DNA of 63,985 bases, the filler included, from Ionaspis alba (Eukaryota): assembly GCA_964255285.1 (NCBI GenBank). It is 4 parts of 4 records of this genome, joined end to end, with 100 filler letters (N's around TTAATTAATTAA, not from the genome) between each part and the next. Parts side by side here need not be neighbours in the genome. Positions count along the whole stretch, not along the records: positions 49,907 to 63,985 come from CAXUUL010000441.1; 3 more parts are not named here. One strand, given 5' to 3'. The notes beneath the pieces are model-generated. The model was not told where the DNA came from. It saw only the letters and a list, made by a program, of their open reading frames with translations, and ran no database searches. Position numbers and translations under genes: made by a program. Below are positions 63,439-63,985 of this stretch, piece by piece (positions within the stretch are counted from its first letter, which is position 1; each line of letters opens with the position of its first letter).

Positions 63439-63985
63439 GGTGTATTGAGGGCGGTGGTGAAGGAGATGAGGTCGAATGGATGGTTCGAATGTCTAGCAAG
63501 CTAGGACTGAGAGTTGGTATCAGATCGCTTTCATGGTGGGGCGCGCTATGAGGTGAGGCGGGAGATGAAATTGTTGGATCAGCGATAGGAACCAACGGAA
63601 GCCCAGCGGCGCAGATATAGGGAGGAGAAGTCGTGTAGGCATGGAACGAATTTGATCGGAGAGCAACTTGTGTTGTAGATTCACTTCGGTTGCGCCAAGC
63701 TTCGAGGAAATCCATGTCACTCCAGGATCACGCTAACTCAGTCGGGACTATGGACGAGCCGAACTATCGCCGCTTTCGCTCTGACGCATGGTTTGTTATG
63801 AGCCTCCGACATCTTTATCAGTGGTCAGCTATCTCAAAGTCCTGAGTCAACTACAAGAAGGGTGAAGGGAGATTTTCTAGGTGTTCTTATAGCAAAGAGA
63901 GCTTCATTCACTCCATAAATCCTTCAAGCGAGTCCCATGGTATCCTTCGGATCTGGTTCTTCCCCACCAAACGCCCTTTGCCTAC

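Noticed and set aside
1..63985. tRNA, rRNA, TPP riboswitch, transposon or RIP relics
   Set aside because: No diagnostic motifs found by eye. A tRNAscan/Rfam/repeat search would be needed to exclude them formally.

Overview
Eukaryotic DNA from a filamentous ascomycete (Pezizomycotina), with short spliceosomal introns (about 50-60 nt) carrying CTRAY branch points. The window is not one contiguous locus. Three 44N-TTAATTAATTAA-44N linkers join separate contigs and cut UPF1, DID2, a DPBB-fold secreted gene and POS5; a fourth 100-N gap is flanked by a 55-bp duplication. Recognisable genes: a forkhead TF, cactin, EDEM-like GH47 mannosidase (MNL1/HTM1), PheRS alpha, a TetX-like FAD monooxygenase, a GPI-anchored protein, SGF29, phosphomannose isomerase, complex I B18 subunit (NDUFB7), an Mbp1/Res-type APSES-ankyrin TF, a Far3/SCI1-like coiled-coil protein, an AKR7-type reductase, vacuolar protease B, a BEACH protein, Tudor-SN, a CRIB-motif protein and CTR9. 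The most unusual object is absent from the ORF track: a six-exon orphan gene at 28209-29129 (-). It has three consecutive in-phase 24-nt proline-rich microexons, an RS tract encoded by a near-perfect 48-bp palindrome, and a 6x22-bp minisatellite just upstream. Gene names come from my recognition of motifs, not database searches.
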